DNA from: Candidatus Bathyarchaeota archaeon
GTDB lineage: Archaea > Thermoproteota > Bathyarchaeia > Bathyarchaeales > Bathycorpusculaceae
Length of the DNA stretch: 64,000 bases
Assembly: GCA_963733095.1 (NCBI GenBank)
Contig: CAVTBV010000013.1
Location: 416,001 to 480,000, forward strand
Direction of reading: 5' to 3'
Each line of letters opens with the position of its first letter. Position 1 is the stretch's first letter. A program made the position numbers and the translations under genes. The notes under the pieces are model-generated. The model had not been told where the DNA came from and did no database searches. It saw only the letters and a program-made list of their open reading frames with translations. Positions 63,359 to 64,000 of this stretch are shown here, one piece after another.

Positions 63359-64000
63359 TCCTGTGTTGGACAACGCGCGCCTTTGAAAGATTCAATAACG
63401 AAATCTCTTTAACCCCGCCAAGGTTATAGCCCCCTAAAACGGGACCCATAAAAGATAGGAAAGAGCGGGCGCTAATTTTTAACAAAAGAGAACGTAACGC
63501 TAAGCAATAAGCACAATAGAGTTTAAAGAAATGACATTGGTTGTGAAATTTCTATTATGAAAATCCCCAAAAGAAACGAAACGATTACGAGATGTGGCAA
63601 GAGTAACGCGAAAAAAGTAAACCTTTCTTTTTGTTTAGCTTTCAATAGTTGGGCAATATGGATTAAACCAAACGATGCTATGAAAACAAGAATGCCCAGA
63701 AAAATAAACCAACGATTTAAGTCCTTCCGCAAATGTTAAAACATTTGCTATTAGAGAAGTCGGAAACCACAGAGTAACCAAAATAAATGCTACACCTAAC
63801 AGGGCAAATTCAGTCGCAAATGCACTTCTATGTTTCTTCAAATAAACGGATACAGATGCACTTACCAAAACAGCTATGGCAACATAAACTAATGAATTCA
63901 CAAGCATATTCAGCTGATAATTCCACCGATCATTTGCAATGTTCGATTGTTTAAGGCCATTAATAGGGGGATTAGGTGTTGGAAACGGATCATCCATCAA

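Overview
Archaeal accessory region, most likely Bathyarchaeia. This is inferred from paralogous PQQ-type beta-propeller surface proteins, TrmB regulators, GGAGGTGA ribosome-binding sites and BRE/TATA promoters. (1) 1-6045: tail module of a partly frameshifted siphovirus-like provirus (tape measure, Dit-like, hub+LamG, tail collar, adhesin). (2) 6115-15752: a reiterated array of surface-protein cargo, a small two-TM gene in three copies and three different toxin-antitoxin pairs, with orphan variant C-termini of the tail adhesin. (3) 15870-33863: surface proteins, TrmB regulators, SPFH, an ArsR/Fe-S operon, a twice-repeated conserved non-coding stem-loop element, and a box C/D sRNA predicted to guide 23S rRNA Gm2251. 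(4) 33975-51185: tRNA-Val(GAC) with an island on each side, an IS1182-like element, an IS5/IS4-like element and a primase-helicase/integrase plasmid-like element. (5) 51587-64000: a mosaic of single PD-(D/E)XK nucleases, gene fragments, a second IS copy and a third beta-propeller gene. There is no CRISPR array, rRNA or reverse transcriptase. The many single-base indels may be real decay or consensus errors. All product calls come from motif recognition only; no database search was run.
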